Below, piece by piece: positions 14,936-32,914 of a stretch of 64,000 nucleotides of DNA (within the stretch, counting starts at the first letter, position 1; the number at the start of each line of letters is the position of its first letter). The stretch is from positions 349,556,001 to 349,620,000 of the forward strand of contig OZ024740.1 in assembly GCA_964016885.1 (NCBI GenBank). The letters run 5' to 3'. Under the pieces are notes generated by a model, which was not told the origin of the DNA, made no database searches, and saw only the letters and a program-made list of their open reading frames with translations. Both the position numbers and the translations under genes were made by a program. The stretch comes from Eledone cirrhosa. Lineage: Eukaryota.

Positions 14936-15528
14936 TATTATATCTATATAGTAAAAGCAAACATTGTCTTGAATTATTGCCATTTCTAACAAATCATTAA
15001 AAAAGAATTGGCACAACGATCCAGATTGTAATAGCTACGTGGGGATCTCCCAACTCGTTGTTTATCAAGCTTTCTAAAGCTAAATGCCTTTCCTATCACC
15101 AACCACCTTATAATGGGTGCATTTATCATGTAGATCACCAACACTAGTACAAAAAATATTAACACAGCTGAATTTTCACATTTCATTTTTTTCATTTTCA
15201 CAACTACTTTCCTGCCTTCTGGGATATTCTTCAGGTGAATGTTAACATAAGCTGAATGTTAACATCACCACATTATCTTAGTGAATATCATATATGCAAG
15301 CATGGAAGATGGACGTTAAACGACGATGATGATGATGATGATATATATATATATATATATATACATATGTGTGTGTGTCTCAAGATCCTATGAGAGCACA
15401 GGCAAACACCAGAGAAACAAGGCTCCCAACATAATAAATGAATATTTAAACTCTACTTTAGTATTAAGTATTGATTCTTATGTCCATCAGTAACACATAC
15501 ACACACATACATATATATACACATATAT

Positions 15529-15561
<33 letters not shown>

Positions 15562-15668
15562 AAATAAACATACACACAACCACGAACATACATACACACC
15601 CACACACATATATATGTGTATATACTATTATCATAATTATCCGATTGGACACTACCGTAAACTCTTGG

Positions 15669-15700
<32 letters not shown>

Positions 15701-15713
15701 GATATATATATAT

Positions 15714-20663
<4,950 letters not shown>

Positions 20664-20717
20664 TATAAAAAAGAAAATTTCGCTCTACATGGCTGAATAC
20701 AATAAATGTAATCTGAG

Positions 20718-20959
20718 TTTTTTGAATATTAATAATAACATTTGATTCGTTTGCAATTATGCAAACAGGCCTCAATTTTATAGCCATGTCAGTAAAATGA
20801 ATACTTCATTCTTGCTCTTGTGTTGGCATGCGAACAGAATTGTTCGCATGCCAACACAAGAGCAAGAATGAAGTGTTCATTCTACTGACATGGCTATAAA
20901 ATTGAGGCCTGTTTGCATAATTGCAAACGAATTGAATGTTATTATTAATATTCGAAAAA
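20718..20959. repeat. Long palindrome, about 119-bp arms, 4-nt loop, 5 mismatches
   Basis: ...ggcatgcgaaca-gaat-tgttcgcatgcc... Confidence 0.97.
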
Positions 20960-22286
20960 GTATATATATATATATATAGGAAAAGTAAATAACAACAACA
21001 AGGAGTGCAGTTATGAAAGGTGTTAGGTATTAGGTTCACGCTTGAGAGTGGGGGTCCCTGGAGTCAACAAGACAAAAACAACTTGGAAGTCTTCCTGCCA
21101 CCAATGACACTACTAGTCACAAAATGTGATTCATAAAAAAAGCAAGCAAACAAACAAACATAAAAAGCTTGTAAGTTGTTTTCATATTCAGGTACATTTG
21201 ATTATGGATGAAGGGAGAATAAGACCATGGAAGTATATGAACACCCCCCCCCCTGGCATCATGATTGTGGAGTGATTATATTGAAACAGAATACTGTATT
21301 ACAATTGTAAATATATATATATAAATTTAAGGTATCATAACCTATCAATTATGTAGGATATTTGTGTTCTCAATGGACATTTGTCCAGGGTATCAATAAT
21401 TCAAATTTATAAATATATGTATATATACAGAGATATATATACAAGCAAATTATAAACGTAAACATGTAAGTATGTTTTTGAAACGGTGCGCAAATTAGAA
21501 ATTAGAATTATAAGCTTTCACCGTATTTTAGACTAAAGATATTTCTAGCCTGATAGTCTAAAAGAGAGAGAGAGAGAGAGCCATATATCTTATGAAAACA
21601 CAGTATTTTGTATACATGCAAAGCACATATGTCTACCAAGAATACGTACATCAGATAGAAAAAATTCTTTTTCCATTAGATGTACATTTCCTAGATATAT
21701 GTGCTTTGTATGTGTACAAAATACTGTGTATTCTCATAAGATATGTGGTTCTTTCTCTCTCTCTCTATCATCATCATCACCATTTTACATCCATTCTTCC
21801 ACGCTAGCATGGGTTAGACAGGTTGTCCTGCTGTGGGCAGTGCCCAGTCGGCTGACCTTGTCTTGCTAATACGGGAACTGATTGCGGCTTGATTTCTACA
21901 GCTCGATGCCCTTCCTGACACCAACCTTATTTACAGTGTGGGCAGGGTGCTTTTTTTTGCCGTGGCATCTCCATGACCACTTTGCAGTGGGAGGTGATGG
22001 GGCCATATTGTCTATATGCTTCAGCTTCGGCTTGTATTGTACCCGTGGGAAGTCGGGTCTCCTCTCTCTATATATAGAGATTTGAAATATATATATATAT
22101 ATGAAACTTACATATTCTATCGTTGAAACATTGTAAAAGCTCATGAGCTACCAGTTACACCATCTATGATCAATAATAAATATGTCCTGGCATAACCACA
22201 TCTTCAGCCTGGTGGCCCAGCAGCTTGCAAATATGCCTAGTGCTGAGTCCATTCTGTGGAAGTCACAATAATAAGGAAATAGTTAC

Positions 22287-22464
22287 CTGACGAGTTTTCC
22301 ATGTCCCAGTGTCCAATGTAATATCTTTGGTGCAGGCAATTACTGTACAACTTATGTGGTGTTTAGAGCTTTCAGCAACATGTGGGTTCACTTTGAAACT
22401 GAAATTCTCTGTACCTAGTTCATTATTCCGCTGCCACTTGAGTCCACCACGAAGGGTCGGACAC
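22287..22464 (-). CDS. TGFBR3: TGFBR3-like exon, ZP-C (CPTLRGGLKW...FSFKV...ISCTVIACTK...)
   Basis: aatag acceptor, gtaact donor, phase 2/0; FxF...CxxxxC ZP-C motif. Confidence 0.88.
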
Positions 22465-22483
22465 CTATTGAAATACAGAAAAG

Positions 22484-22515
<32 letters not shown>

Positions 22516-23698
22516 GTATGTATATATATATGTGTGTGTGTATATATACACATACACGTATATATTAACAGTCCAACTTATCCTTGCCTTACCATTGGTT
22601 TTGTAAGATAACTTGTAAGGTAGTTGGCATTAGAAAGGGGATCCAGTCTTAGAAAACCAAGCTAAAAATGGAGCATATGAACAATGTGGTTACCTGATCT
22701 GTCTGGCCGCAATGTGACAACCTGTCTTTGAAACCAATGGTAAAACAAGGATAAATCAAACTATTAATACATATATTTAACTTCCATATTATGTGTTGAT
22801 TGATATTTTCATTCTTTTGTTCTGGCACCTATGTTTATATGTGTTAGGGTAGAAATTTTATACAATATACTTCTTCAATATATACTTAGAATCATCTGAC
22901 AGGTTTAATCTTTTTCAAGACTCCTCGGTGTTGCTTAAATCAACTCTATACCACCGATGTTGAGAAATAAGCCATATGAAAAACTTAAACTATTTCATAA
23001 TGGAGGAAAGTCATTTACATAATGATATAATACTGTGCATGCACTATGTCATTCAGTGAGAGAACTCATACCAGTTGAATAGTAAGGGGTCTAAGCACTC
23101 AGGATTAAGAACACTCTTTGCCATTATATACCTTCATTAACAGGCATGAGAGTGTACCTCAAAATGCTGAACTTAGCAGAGAAAATGACGAAGGAACGTA
23201 GTAGGTAAAATAAAGATATGCTTGAAGAAACCCATCCATCCCATGCAAGCATAGAAAAGCAAACACAAAAGATTATAAGACAGAGGAAATTTTATAACCA
23301 CCATAATTGTGCCCAGGAGTAAACATCCCCAAGACCCCTGCTTTCTCTCCATCTTATTATGCCTTGGAGACCCTCCTAAAAGTTTAGGGTACTGCCTTTT
23401 CTTCACTGACAAAGTCATAAATCTGGAGAAAACTATCTGTTGGTGGGTATTGTGTATAATGTTCCTGTACAGCAACAATCATACACAGTTCATGAGAATA
23501 AGAGTCTGTGAGGAAAACTGAAATAGCAAAAGTAGAATAAACAGTTTTTGCCCTAAAACCCAAAAAGTGAATTTGATGTGAGGGCACACAAGCAAGTAGA
23601 TGAATACTATATCCGCTTGGTAAATATAGACTATCCCCTCTAACTATGTGCTGATTAAAATCCAAGAAAAGAATGTGTTGAACGATGTTCTCACTCAC

Positions 23699-23777
23699 CC
23701 GTTGTCCAGCAATGGTTGTATACTTCTTCCATATTCTATCAAGGCACAATTCAATACTTGCACTCCATAATGTGAAT
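23699..23777 (-). CDS. TGFBR3: TGFBR3-like exon, ZP-C (DSHYGVQVLNCALIEYGRSIQPLLDNG)
   Basis: gctag acceptor, gtgagt donor, phase 1/2; completes the LxxNGCP motif with the next exon. Confidence 0.82.
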
Positions 23778-24553
23778 CTAGCAAGGAGGAAGACCAAACA
23801 AGTATATAATGTATGTGTAGAGGAAGGGGTGTGAATATCCTCTTCTGCATGGAAATGATGATATATATGAGAGAGAGAGAGGGAGAGAGAGAGAGAGAGA
23901 GAGAGCAAACAGGCAGCCTGTTTATGAGGACAGTAATTTCAAATGGAAACTGACACAAGGTAGAGGTGACTCTATATTCCTATAGCAGGCATCCTCTTGA
24001 GTGCCAATGATATGGTAAAATGTCTGGTAATAGGAAGGATATCCAACAATAAAAACATGCTGAGTACAAAGACAAAGATTGGTAATTTTCTGTTATATAT
24101 GTTTTAGTCAACATAGGTCTATGATAGAAGTGAGCTGCCATGAACCTAACCAACAGATGCAACAAAAAAAAAAATCAAATGGAGGACAATTATGATGTAT
24201 ATACATTCATATATTTCTACCTCAAAAGTTTATGCAGGATGCACTTCATGGCTGGCAACTCCAGTGGACAAAACAAGCAATATTGTTTATTTTGAGGCAT
24301 TGTATGGAACTGGTGATAAATAAAATTCTGCTGTATTTCCTACTTTAGTGAAAATAAACAGCAATCCTAATTTATTGGTCAAATATTTAATGTGCCAAAA
24401 TACACTGTGACTTTCATAAAATACATGGGTACCTCTGATAGTATGTGTGTATATGTGCATGCGTATATATATATATATATCATCATTAGAATTTTTACAT
24501 TGACTTTTCCTTCATGTCACTAACCCTTTCAGTCACTTCTTATGACACATAGG

Positions 24554-24613
<60 letters not shown>

Positions 24614-24906
24614 TATAGATATACATATGTGTGTCAGGGCCTGACAGCTGAGCTCTTGCTATAACAAACAGACTTAGAGTAAACTCAAAAAATTCCGTAT
24701 AACCCATGTCAAAAAGTTGACATCACACAAAGTATTAAATATCTCAAGGTTATGATAGAAAACAGTTATTATAGGTGTCTAACAATGAGATTGAATCCAC
24801 AATCATACGGCTGTAAAACAAACACTTTATCTGCACAGTCAGGCCTGTGTTGTCTGGACTAAAGAACATGAAAAATAAAAACAAATATGTATATATTTTA
24901 ACAAAC

Positions 24907-25033
24907 CTCCAGAAACTCTTGCTTTAACATAAATGAACTTCTCTTTTGAAGTGGAAAAGGGGGAGTTACTATAAAGGTTGCTGTACAAGGGATCATCGTA
25001 GAAATCAATATGATATTTCAGGCTGGGAGTTAT
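24907..25033 (-). CDS. TGFBR3: TGFBR3-like exon, ZP-C start (ITPSLKYHIDFYDDPLY...FIYVKARVSG)
   Basis: ttcag acceptor, gtttgt donor, phase 0/1. Confidence 0.82.
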
Positions 25034-25044
25034 CTGAAATGAAA

Positions 25045-25258
25045 AATAATGTTGTTGTTGTAGTAGTAGTAGTAGTAGAGGTAGTAATAGTGGTGGTGGT
25101 AGTGGTAGTGGTGGTGGTTGTTGTAGTGGTGGTAGTGGTTGTAGTAGTAGTAGTAGTAGTAGTAGCAGCAGCAGCAGTAATAGTGATGGTGGTTGTCGTA
25201 GTGGTAGTAGTGGCGGCGGCGGCGGCAGCGGCAGCAGCAGCAGCAGCAATGACAGCAC
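25045..25258. repeat. Compound trinucleotide repeat (GTT/GTA/GTG/GCA/GCG)
   Basis: Direct reading. Confidence 0.9.
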
Positions 25259-25999
25259 CAGCTTCTTTGTATTACTAATATAATCACATGTGGTTCTCTA
25301 TATCAACAATAATCAAATCCATAGAATCATATTCAGGTACTGTGGAAATGTGACATCATTTTTTTTGTTTTTAACTTTAAAGCCAATTTTTCCTTTAAAT
25401 ACTGCCTGAAGCATTTGGGAGGCTTTAGAATTTTAGACAGCTATATTTGGCCAGAATTCTCTCACCTTTTTCCGTTGTAACTGGCCACTCATACCGACAT
25501 TAAGGTATTGTTCTCAAAATATATAATATCAAAATCTCGTAGATTCGATATTATGTGAGGTAAAACATTTACTGTGAAAATACTGAAGTACATATAGAGC
25601 AATGTAAATGCTAAAGCGTTAAACAGCTGCTATTATATATAGTTGTCAGTTGAGGCTATGAGGAGGATCATTGCAACACTTCCACCACCTGGTGGCTATG
25701 ATGAAGGAAGTTGTGTGGTGGATGCTGTTCAAAAATTTGAAAATAACTTTTCCCCTCTTGCTAAATCTACATCAACTTCTTCAAGGATGACAGTAGAGAG
25801 GGAAATGTCATTTTCCACTGTGTTTCGCAGAAGGTGAGAACAGCAAAATTGGCAAGGCTAAATTATTTTACTCTGAGTGTACAACTTTCAATAGGAGACA
25901 AGAAACTGTGCTCCAAATTACTCTAGATGGTTTTTCTCTCCTATTGGAGATCTTTTATTATCTATTGCTTTCATTTATTTTAACTTCTTTTTACTCGTC

Positions 26000-26214
26000 A
26001 TAACTCTTTAGCATTTACATTACTCTATATTTACTATTGTATATTCATGGTAAAAGCTTTATCCCACATAATCTTGACTCTGAGATTTTGCTGATGTTAT
26101 TGTTTATTTTAAGAACAATATCTTAAAGCCAGTGTGAGCTGCTGGTTACGGCCGATTTCGAAAAGGGGAAAGAATTCTGGCCAGATACAGCCGGTTTAAA
26201 TGCTAAAGGGTTAA
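26000..26214 (-). mobile_element. piggyBac-like MITE (TTAA ends, TIR ccctttagcattt); related copies about 25420-25622, 46758-46973, 51015-51159
   Basis: taactctttagcattt...aaatgctaaagggttaa; shared internal sequence. Confidence 0.7.
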
Positions 26215-26499
26215 ACCTTCCCTATTTTAATTTCAATTTAAAGTCAGTATATGGCAGATAACTGCGCTTACAGAGAGAGTCATCATCCTTGACACCCCAA
26301 GTTAAATGTTTTCTGAGGGTGGGACTACCATTCAATTTACAGAACAGAGGAGTGGATAGAGAGGATCAACAAAATAAGAAGTAGTCAAGTACTGGAGTTA
26401 ATGACACCAACTCCAATTGTCCCCCTAAAAAAAAAATAATAAAATGTAGTTGTCTGCAAAACACATTTTTATTATCATTATCTTATTGCCTTCAGTTAC

Positions 26500-26763
26500 C
26501 TTTTTACTGGGAGAGCAGCTGAAATCAATCATAATATTTTGGAAGCGGTAGTCTTCATCATCCATGTGTGTATCATCAAGTGGAATCAAATAGCCAGAGC
26601 CAGAACCTTGGCCTTTCTCATAGTTTTCATTGTCATTGTTGTCATTGTCATTGTCGTCATTATTGCTGCCATCATTCCGGACTCCAGAACCTTCAAATTG
26701 TGTCACTTTGGAAGGTTGTAGTGGTTGTAAAGGCTGTATTATTCGCCCATGGTGAATTTTAAG
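26500..26763 (-). CDS. TGFBR3: TGFBR3-like exon with acidic Ser-Gly GAG-attachment region (EGSG...NDDNDND...GSGSG...DDEDY)
   Basis: ttcag acceptor, gtaact donor, 88 codons, phase 0/0. Confidence 0.85.
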
Positions 26764-27039
26764 CTGAATGATAAAAGAAGAACATGCTTAATTTGTAAAT
26801 TATCAAATAACTTTCACCAATCACACTTGAATATTACATATGAATAACATTCTGTTTATTTTAATCTATATTTAAGCCAAAATGTCCTCAGATGCAACCA
26901 TCTCCAACTAATCTGGCTAGATCCCCAAGCACAACCAGCTAAGCCTTAACCTTCTTGCTTGTGGTCTACCGATGAGTCTCCTGCCAGTTGGTTTTTGCCT
27001 GTAAAATCTGTCCAGCAGTTCGTTCCTAACACATACTAA

Positions 27040-27472
27040 CAACATGTCTACAATATCAGAATTGTGATCTCTCAATTCGAAAAAGTAGCAGCTCTACCTG
27101 GAGTGATTCTCCAAACTATGCACTCTTTTGAGTAATATTACTCCAAAGACCCTTTGAAAGAACCCAATTGCAGCTGCTTGAATTCATGATCATATTCTTT
27201 CAGTCATTACACCAGTCTCAATACCACTTCCAACCTGGCTGCACATCTCAATCCTGCCCATGAAGATTATGAACCGAAGTGACAGTACGCATCCTTGTTG
27301 GAGACTGACACCCACATTGAATGGTTTTGACATAGCACCATTTATCCAAACACAAATACTAGAGCATCCATATAGAGACTTCAGGGCAACAAGAAGCTGT
27401 CCATCGGTCCTATACGCTTGCAAAACCTTCCATAACAGGTCACCTGAAACACAGTCATATGCCTTTTCAAGG
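27040..27472 (-). pseudogene. Degenerate RTE-type RT fragment
   Basis: LEKAYD...LKSLY...GVSLQQGCVLS remnants. Confidence 0.7.
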
Positions 27473-27940
27473 TGAGATTTGGCTTATTTAATTATTTGGC
27501 TATTAGTTCTCATTTAACATTAATTACATATTTGTTTTTATTCAGTTATACCCATATCATGTTGATAACATCGGTTCTCATCCGACCCCTCAAGTTTAGT
27601 ATCAAGGAATCATCATCAACACTGGCTACTTTCTCCACTGAAAACGGTTGGACAAGAAGTTTCTCAAGACAAGAAACTAAGGAAAGTTGAAAGAATATCA
27701 ACAAAGTGAACAAGCCTCAACTATAAAAAAATTAATGAGTTAATTAATTGTTTCTACTATTGGCACAAGGCCAGCAATTACCCAGTACATTACTGGTACT
27801 TTATTTTATCGACCCCGTAAGGATGAAAGGCAAGGTTAACCTCGGCGGGATTTGAATTCAGAATGAATGAGTTAATTAATAAACTCTTATTATTGAGTAC
27901 ATTTTTCGACATGTTTGTAAATCTAAACACATATATAAGA

Positions 27941-28368
27941 TATATATAATAAAGAAGAAGAAATTAAAAGATGGTTAAAAGAGTTCCATATATTTTATTA
28001 TGCGCATTTCGAATACAAAATCATCCTAGGACAAAAATTGTGTTCTGATCAAAAAAATAAGGTAACATGATATGAGGCATAATAGCACTTGTTTACAGGA
28101 AAGTGCTAAGTCTACATATGACAGAAATATAAGTGTTAATACTATAGTAAGAAATAGATAGGAAAATAGAAGAAAAGGACAGAAGAGGAGAAAAAAGAAA
28201 AAGAAAGAGAAGAAAGGAAAAAAGGAAGAGAGAGAGACTTTTTATCAGGAACGCTGTCAAAATGAAAACAGCTGTAATTAATGGTTAAAAAGTAAATTGA
28301 TGAGGTGTATGTGCGAATATTATAGACGGTATTCAAATATTAGAGGTCTAATTATAGAAACTGGGTAT
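27941..28368 (-). mobile_element. Hammerhead-family repeat (same family as the 6.6-kb insert), degenerate core
   Basis: Reverse complement of 29370-29760; minus-strand TTGATCA...GAAA tgcgca TA ataaaa. Confidence 0.75.
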
Positions 28369-28380
28369 ATTATTTTATAT

Positions 28381-28566
28381 TGGGTGGATTGGCAGTATCG
28401 GTAGAGTGTCGGACGCCATGCTTTCCAGCATAGTTACGTCCCTTTACGATCTGAGTTCAAATCCCGCCGAGGTTGACTTTGCCTTTCATCCTTACAGGGT
28501 CGATAAAATAAAGTACCAGTAATGCACTGGGTAATTGCTGGCCTTGTGCTTAAGGTAGAAACAATT
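28381..28566 (+). mobile_element. Meta-type SINE
   Basis: tggcagtatcggtag A box, gagttcaaatc B box, gcctttcatccttacagggtcgataaa. Confidence 0.82.
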
Positions 28567-28807
28567 ATTTTATATTGGGTTTAAATACTAAAAATTGGAT
28601 TAAGAAGTGTAAAAATGTATTAATAAAATAAAATAAAATAAAAAATATAAAAAAAAAGATTTTTATAAAATAAAATAGTCTCTCTATGTCAAAATTAATA
28701 ATTTCTAGTAAAAATCTATATATGTGGGGTATACTATTTAATATCAACAAGTAAATAAAGGAAATTGCTAGAATGATTTATAAACGTAGAAAAACATATA
28801 AAATAAT

Positions 28808-29370
28808 AGACGACAGCTGTATAAAAAAGTGCAGGGCGATAAAAATAGACAGTAGCCACGGAGTAAGCAGACCCAGAAACACCTGGGACGACTTGATAAA
28901 TTCCGACCTCACACACTTACACCTCTCCAAGACAATGTCACTGGACCAAGATATTTGGCGCTACACAGTAATACAGAAGACCCGCCTTGCCTAAGTAAAA
29001 AGCGAAACCTAGTCAGAAGGCACCTCTACCAAAAATACACCCCCGTCCCACTACTCCCACCCCATCCACACCACCCCTTTCAATGTAAAGTTATGTTGGT
29101 ACCACAACATCCAGTCCGAAACAAATGAGGTCGTGTAGGTGTCACGACAAAAAAAACACAGTCCACGCTGTAATGTGACCGTGTAGGTAACACGGTAAAA
29201 ACCTCCCACTCCACACTGTAAACGTGGTTGGTGTTAGGAAGGGCATCCAGCCGTAGAAAACCCGCCACAGTCCTGTACGAGCAAGACAACCAATCTTGCC
29301 TCAAGTGGGAAAATTCCCGTCCAAACCCATGCAAGCGTGGAAGATGGACGTTAAACGATGATGATGATGA
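28808..29370 (+). mobile_element. RTE family B 3' fragment, more diverged
   Basis: [14 protein letters not shown]...KTRLA plus 3'UTR. Confidence 0.88.
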
Positions 29371-29770
29371 TACCCAGTTTCTCTAATATTTGAATACCGT
29401 CTATAATATTCGCACATATAACTCATCAATTTACTTTTTAACCGTTAATTACAGCTGTTTTCATTTTGACAGCGTTCCTGATCAAAAGTCTCTCTCTCTT
29501 CCTTTTTTCCTTCTCTTTCTTTTTCCTTTTTCTCCTCTTCTTTCCTATCTATTTCTTACTATAGTATTAACACATATTTGTGTCATATGTAGACTTAGCA
29601 CTTTCCTGTAAACAAGTGCTATTATGCCTCATATCATGTTACCTTATTTTATCTGATGTGAACACAATTTTTGTCCCAGGATGATATTGTATTCAAAATG
29701 CGCATAATAAAATATATGGAACTCTTTTAACCATCTTTTAATTTCTTCTTTATTATATATACTCTAGTTC
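29370..29770 (+). mobile_element. Hammerhead-family repeat, degenerate core
   Basis: attttat CTGATGT gaacacaa...ttgtattc AAAA tgcgca TA ataaaat at 29646-29713. Confidence 0.75.
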
Positions 29771-29862
29771 TACCAACTGTTGAGTGCTACTTATCTGATA
29801 TATGCATAGTTTTATTTTTCTACAATATTACTCACCTTCTACATAAAAGATATATATATATA

Positions 29863-30256
29863 CGAGGGTAATACCAAAAATAAGGTCCCCAAAGTGATGG
29901 GGACGCAGAGAAACTGTTCAGTACGGCTGTTGGCAACAATATTGTGATTGGTGCTTCCTTCACTCCCAAACAAGCATGCACGCGCTTCGCTGGGATGCTC
30001 AATCATGGCTTGGCAGCCGTTGAGAATGGAACTCCCGTTGAATGCTACCGCCAAGTGCGAATTTCGCGCAGTTATTATATAGAGGGCAATCCAAAAAGTA
30101 AGGTCTCCTTCCGAGGAAGACATGCGTAAAGATCAGCAGATCACTCTGGTTGCTCTCTGCATTTTGGTTCCTGAGGTTTCCCGAAGCACCATCCACAGGA
30201 TTTTAACGGAAAAGTTGCAATATCGGAAGGAGACCTTACTTTTGGGATTGCCCTCG
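29863..30256 (+). mobile_element. Mariner-derived deletion element with TA flanks and an extra internal TIR
   Basis: TIRs cgagggtaataccaaaaataaggtc / gaccttacttttgggattgccctcg; transposase remnant ITLVALCILVPEVSRSTIHRILTEKLQYRK. Confidence 0.82.
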
Positions 30257-30775
30257 TATATATATATATATATTTATTAAAATAACAGATTAAAGTTTAA
30301 GCAAAGAATCGCTACTCTCACCCTTAACGGTTCTTATATATTTGATATATATTTATCCTTATCGAGCCCTCTTTGGATTTTAGTCTTCAAATTTATTATT
30401 ATTACTATATATATATATAAAATAAAAATGGCGTAGACACTAGAATACATACAAAACAGCAGGGGAAACATGATAATAGTACCACTGATGGTATTAAAGA
30501 TGTGCAATGAAAGAACTTTGTTAGACTATATATATATATGTATTTATATCTGTATTTTTGACTGTTGGTCAGCCAGTGATGAACATTGATGGCCAAATAA
30601 ACTAACTATGGAGATATAAAAGATGCAGAAGCGAAAACCAACTAAAGAGTGAGTATGTTCTGTTATTATTTCTGGCATTATTATTACAACAATATGACCA
30701 TCCCCAAGTATAACAATATTTGTTTCGACAGACGATTTCATATCAAAAACCTTGCAAAACAAATTCATCGCCGTC

Positions 30776-30833
<58 letters not shown>

Positions 30834-30839
<6 letters not shown>

Positions 30840-30932
30840 GTCCCAAAAAATGTATACACACTTTGATTACCTCTACAAGCAATATATTTTTGAAAGCTGT
30901 TCAAGTGTGTTACATTTTTTGGGGACACCGTA
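30834..30932. mobile_element. Tc1/mariner-type MITE, about 100 bp
   Basis: TIR gggtgtcccaaaaaatgta / tacattttttggggacaccg, TA flanks. Confidence 0.75.
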
Positions 30933-30962
30933 TGTGTGTGTGTGTGTGTGAGTGTGTGTGTG

Positions 30963-31012
<50 letters not shown>

Positions 31013-31013
31013 A

Positions 31014-31103
31014 TGTGTCCGAGGAACCTGTGAATCCAGAGTCAGGTCAATCCACACACAGGTCGCACCTCAAGCTGTTCACCGGGGAAACAATTGTAAC
31101 ACG
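31014..31103 (+). ncRNA. Degenerate type I hammerhead-like motif
   Basis: tgtgt CCGAGGA acctgtgaa...ttcaccggg GAAA caattg TA acacg, then aataaa; U4C change and stem II mismatches. Confidence 0.5.
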
Positions 31104-31619
31104 CAATAAATTGAGTTCCGATGCATGACTGATTTTTCGTTTTCCATTCTATATATATATATATTCATATATATACATTTGTTAGAGTGTGTAAGGATGT
31201 ATACATACAGACCTGTGTATACATACTACAATACCAGTTCTTTAAATGTTGTACCTTTACATATATTGATATTTTCATTGAGATGTCTGGAGTTTTGTCT
31301 TGGAAAGACATGAATGTGGTAAGTGATGATGGTATATAGATGAGATGTTACTAGTTAAGATCAGTAAGCCTACTATTCAACTTGGTACACCACATTTAAG
31401 GGAAATAGAATCTAGATATTATCATAGGATAGAATGCCCAATGCTTAAACCATGTCAATCGCAAACATTTTATTTTTTTTTTTTTTGCAGTCAAATAATT
31501 TAAGCTTGACCATTGGGCATTATAGCCTATAATAAAAATAATAATTTTCAACATCATTTAACCTGCACTTTTCCAAGGGTTGGATGTGTTATCACAGACT
31601 AAGTCTGTAATCAAGTGAG

Positions 31620-32240
31620 GCTACGGACCTCCCAGACAGGCCATATGGTTCACTTATGCTACATTGCTCATGTACACTAACATTACACATCAATTGCAGC
31701 ATCCTCACTTCCTTTATTTCCAGCCTTCACAGATCTTCTACAGTCGAAGCCTGTATTTCACTGCCATGTTGCATTGCAGTTTGCCCACAGGAATCATAGT
31801 CTACCCTTTACTCTGAGTGAGAAGCTCTTTATTGTCAGCAGAGGTATTATAGAAGGCCACTTTCCTAATTATATCAACCTCCTGTCCTCTTTCCTACTGA
31901 TTAAGACTTTCATCTTTGCTAAGTTTACTTTTAAGCCTTCTAACTCTAGGTTCTTCTTCCATGCTTGAAATGTTGGTTCTAATTCTTCTCTTCTAATCCT
32001 CCTAAGGATTTGGCTATAAGGACTAGGTCATCAGCATATAGGAGTTCCCGAGGAATGCCAGTGATAGCCTGAAGAACAATGATAAACACCAGAATGGCCT
32101 TCTCCATGTCTACAAAAGCCAGATACAGTGACTTACTCTCAGCTAAGTAGTTTTCCTGTAGTGGACTCACCAGAAAGAGGGCATCGGTATTGCCCTGTCT
32201 GGCATAAATCCAAACTGCACCTCATCTAACTTGATTCTAT
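31620..32240 (-). pseudogene. Degenerate RTE RT fragment
   Basis: LYLAFVDMEKA...ELLYADDLVLIA with deletions. Confidence 0.8.
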
Positions 32241-32611
32241 CCCTAATAATAATAATAATTGTTTCTACTTTTGGCACAAGGCCAGCAATCATCCCAGTGC
32301 ATTACTGGCACTTTATTTTATCGACCTCGTAAGGATGAAAGGAAAAGTTAACCTCAGTGGGATTTGAACTCAGAACGTAAAGGGCCATTACTGTGCTGCA
32401 AAACATGGTGTCTGACACTCTACTGATACTGCCAAACCCATTAATAATAATAATATATAGTGAGAGAGAGGGAGAGGGGGGGGGAGAAAGATAGACAGAG
32501 AGAAATGATTTCTTTATTAGCCACAGGGCTCACATAAAGGAGACATTAAAGACAGTACAGGACGATACAGTGTGGGTTTTTCTTTGTGTAAAATAGAATT
32601 TATAACAGAGA

Positions 32612-32669
<58 letters not shown>

Positions 32670-32682
32670 CAGAGAGAGAGAG

Positions 32683-32758
<76 letters not shown>

Positions 32759-32767
32759 AGATGGTAC

Positions 32768-32914
32768 CTTATTAGAATATTTGAGTGGAGAACTTTTATG
32801 TGGGATAGTCTGACAATCAGAGTAACTGGATCTCAGTACAAAATAATTGTTGATCTTCTCTGCACGGCAGATCGGGTCATCCAGTGTGATCTGATCATGC
32901 TTCAAACCATACAT
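32768..32914 (-). CDS. TGFBR3: TGFBR3-like exon, ZP-N ([36 protein letters not shown]...YSNK)
   Basis: ttcag acceptor, gtacca donor, phase 0/0; TLxDPxC...FVLxS...C ZP motif. Confidence 0.88.

Noticed and set aside
28570-28806. Possible mitochondrial insertion (very AT-rich)
   Set aside because: No recognisable mitochondrial gene motif.
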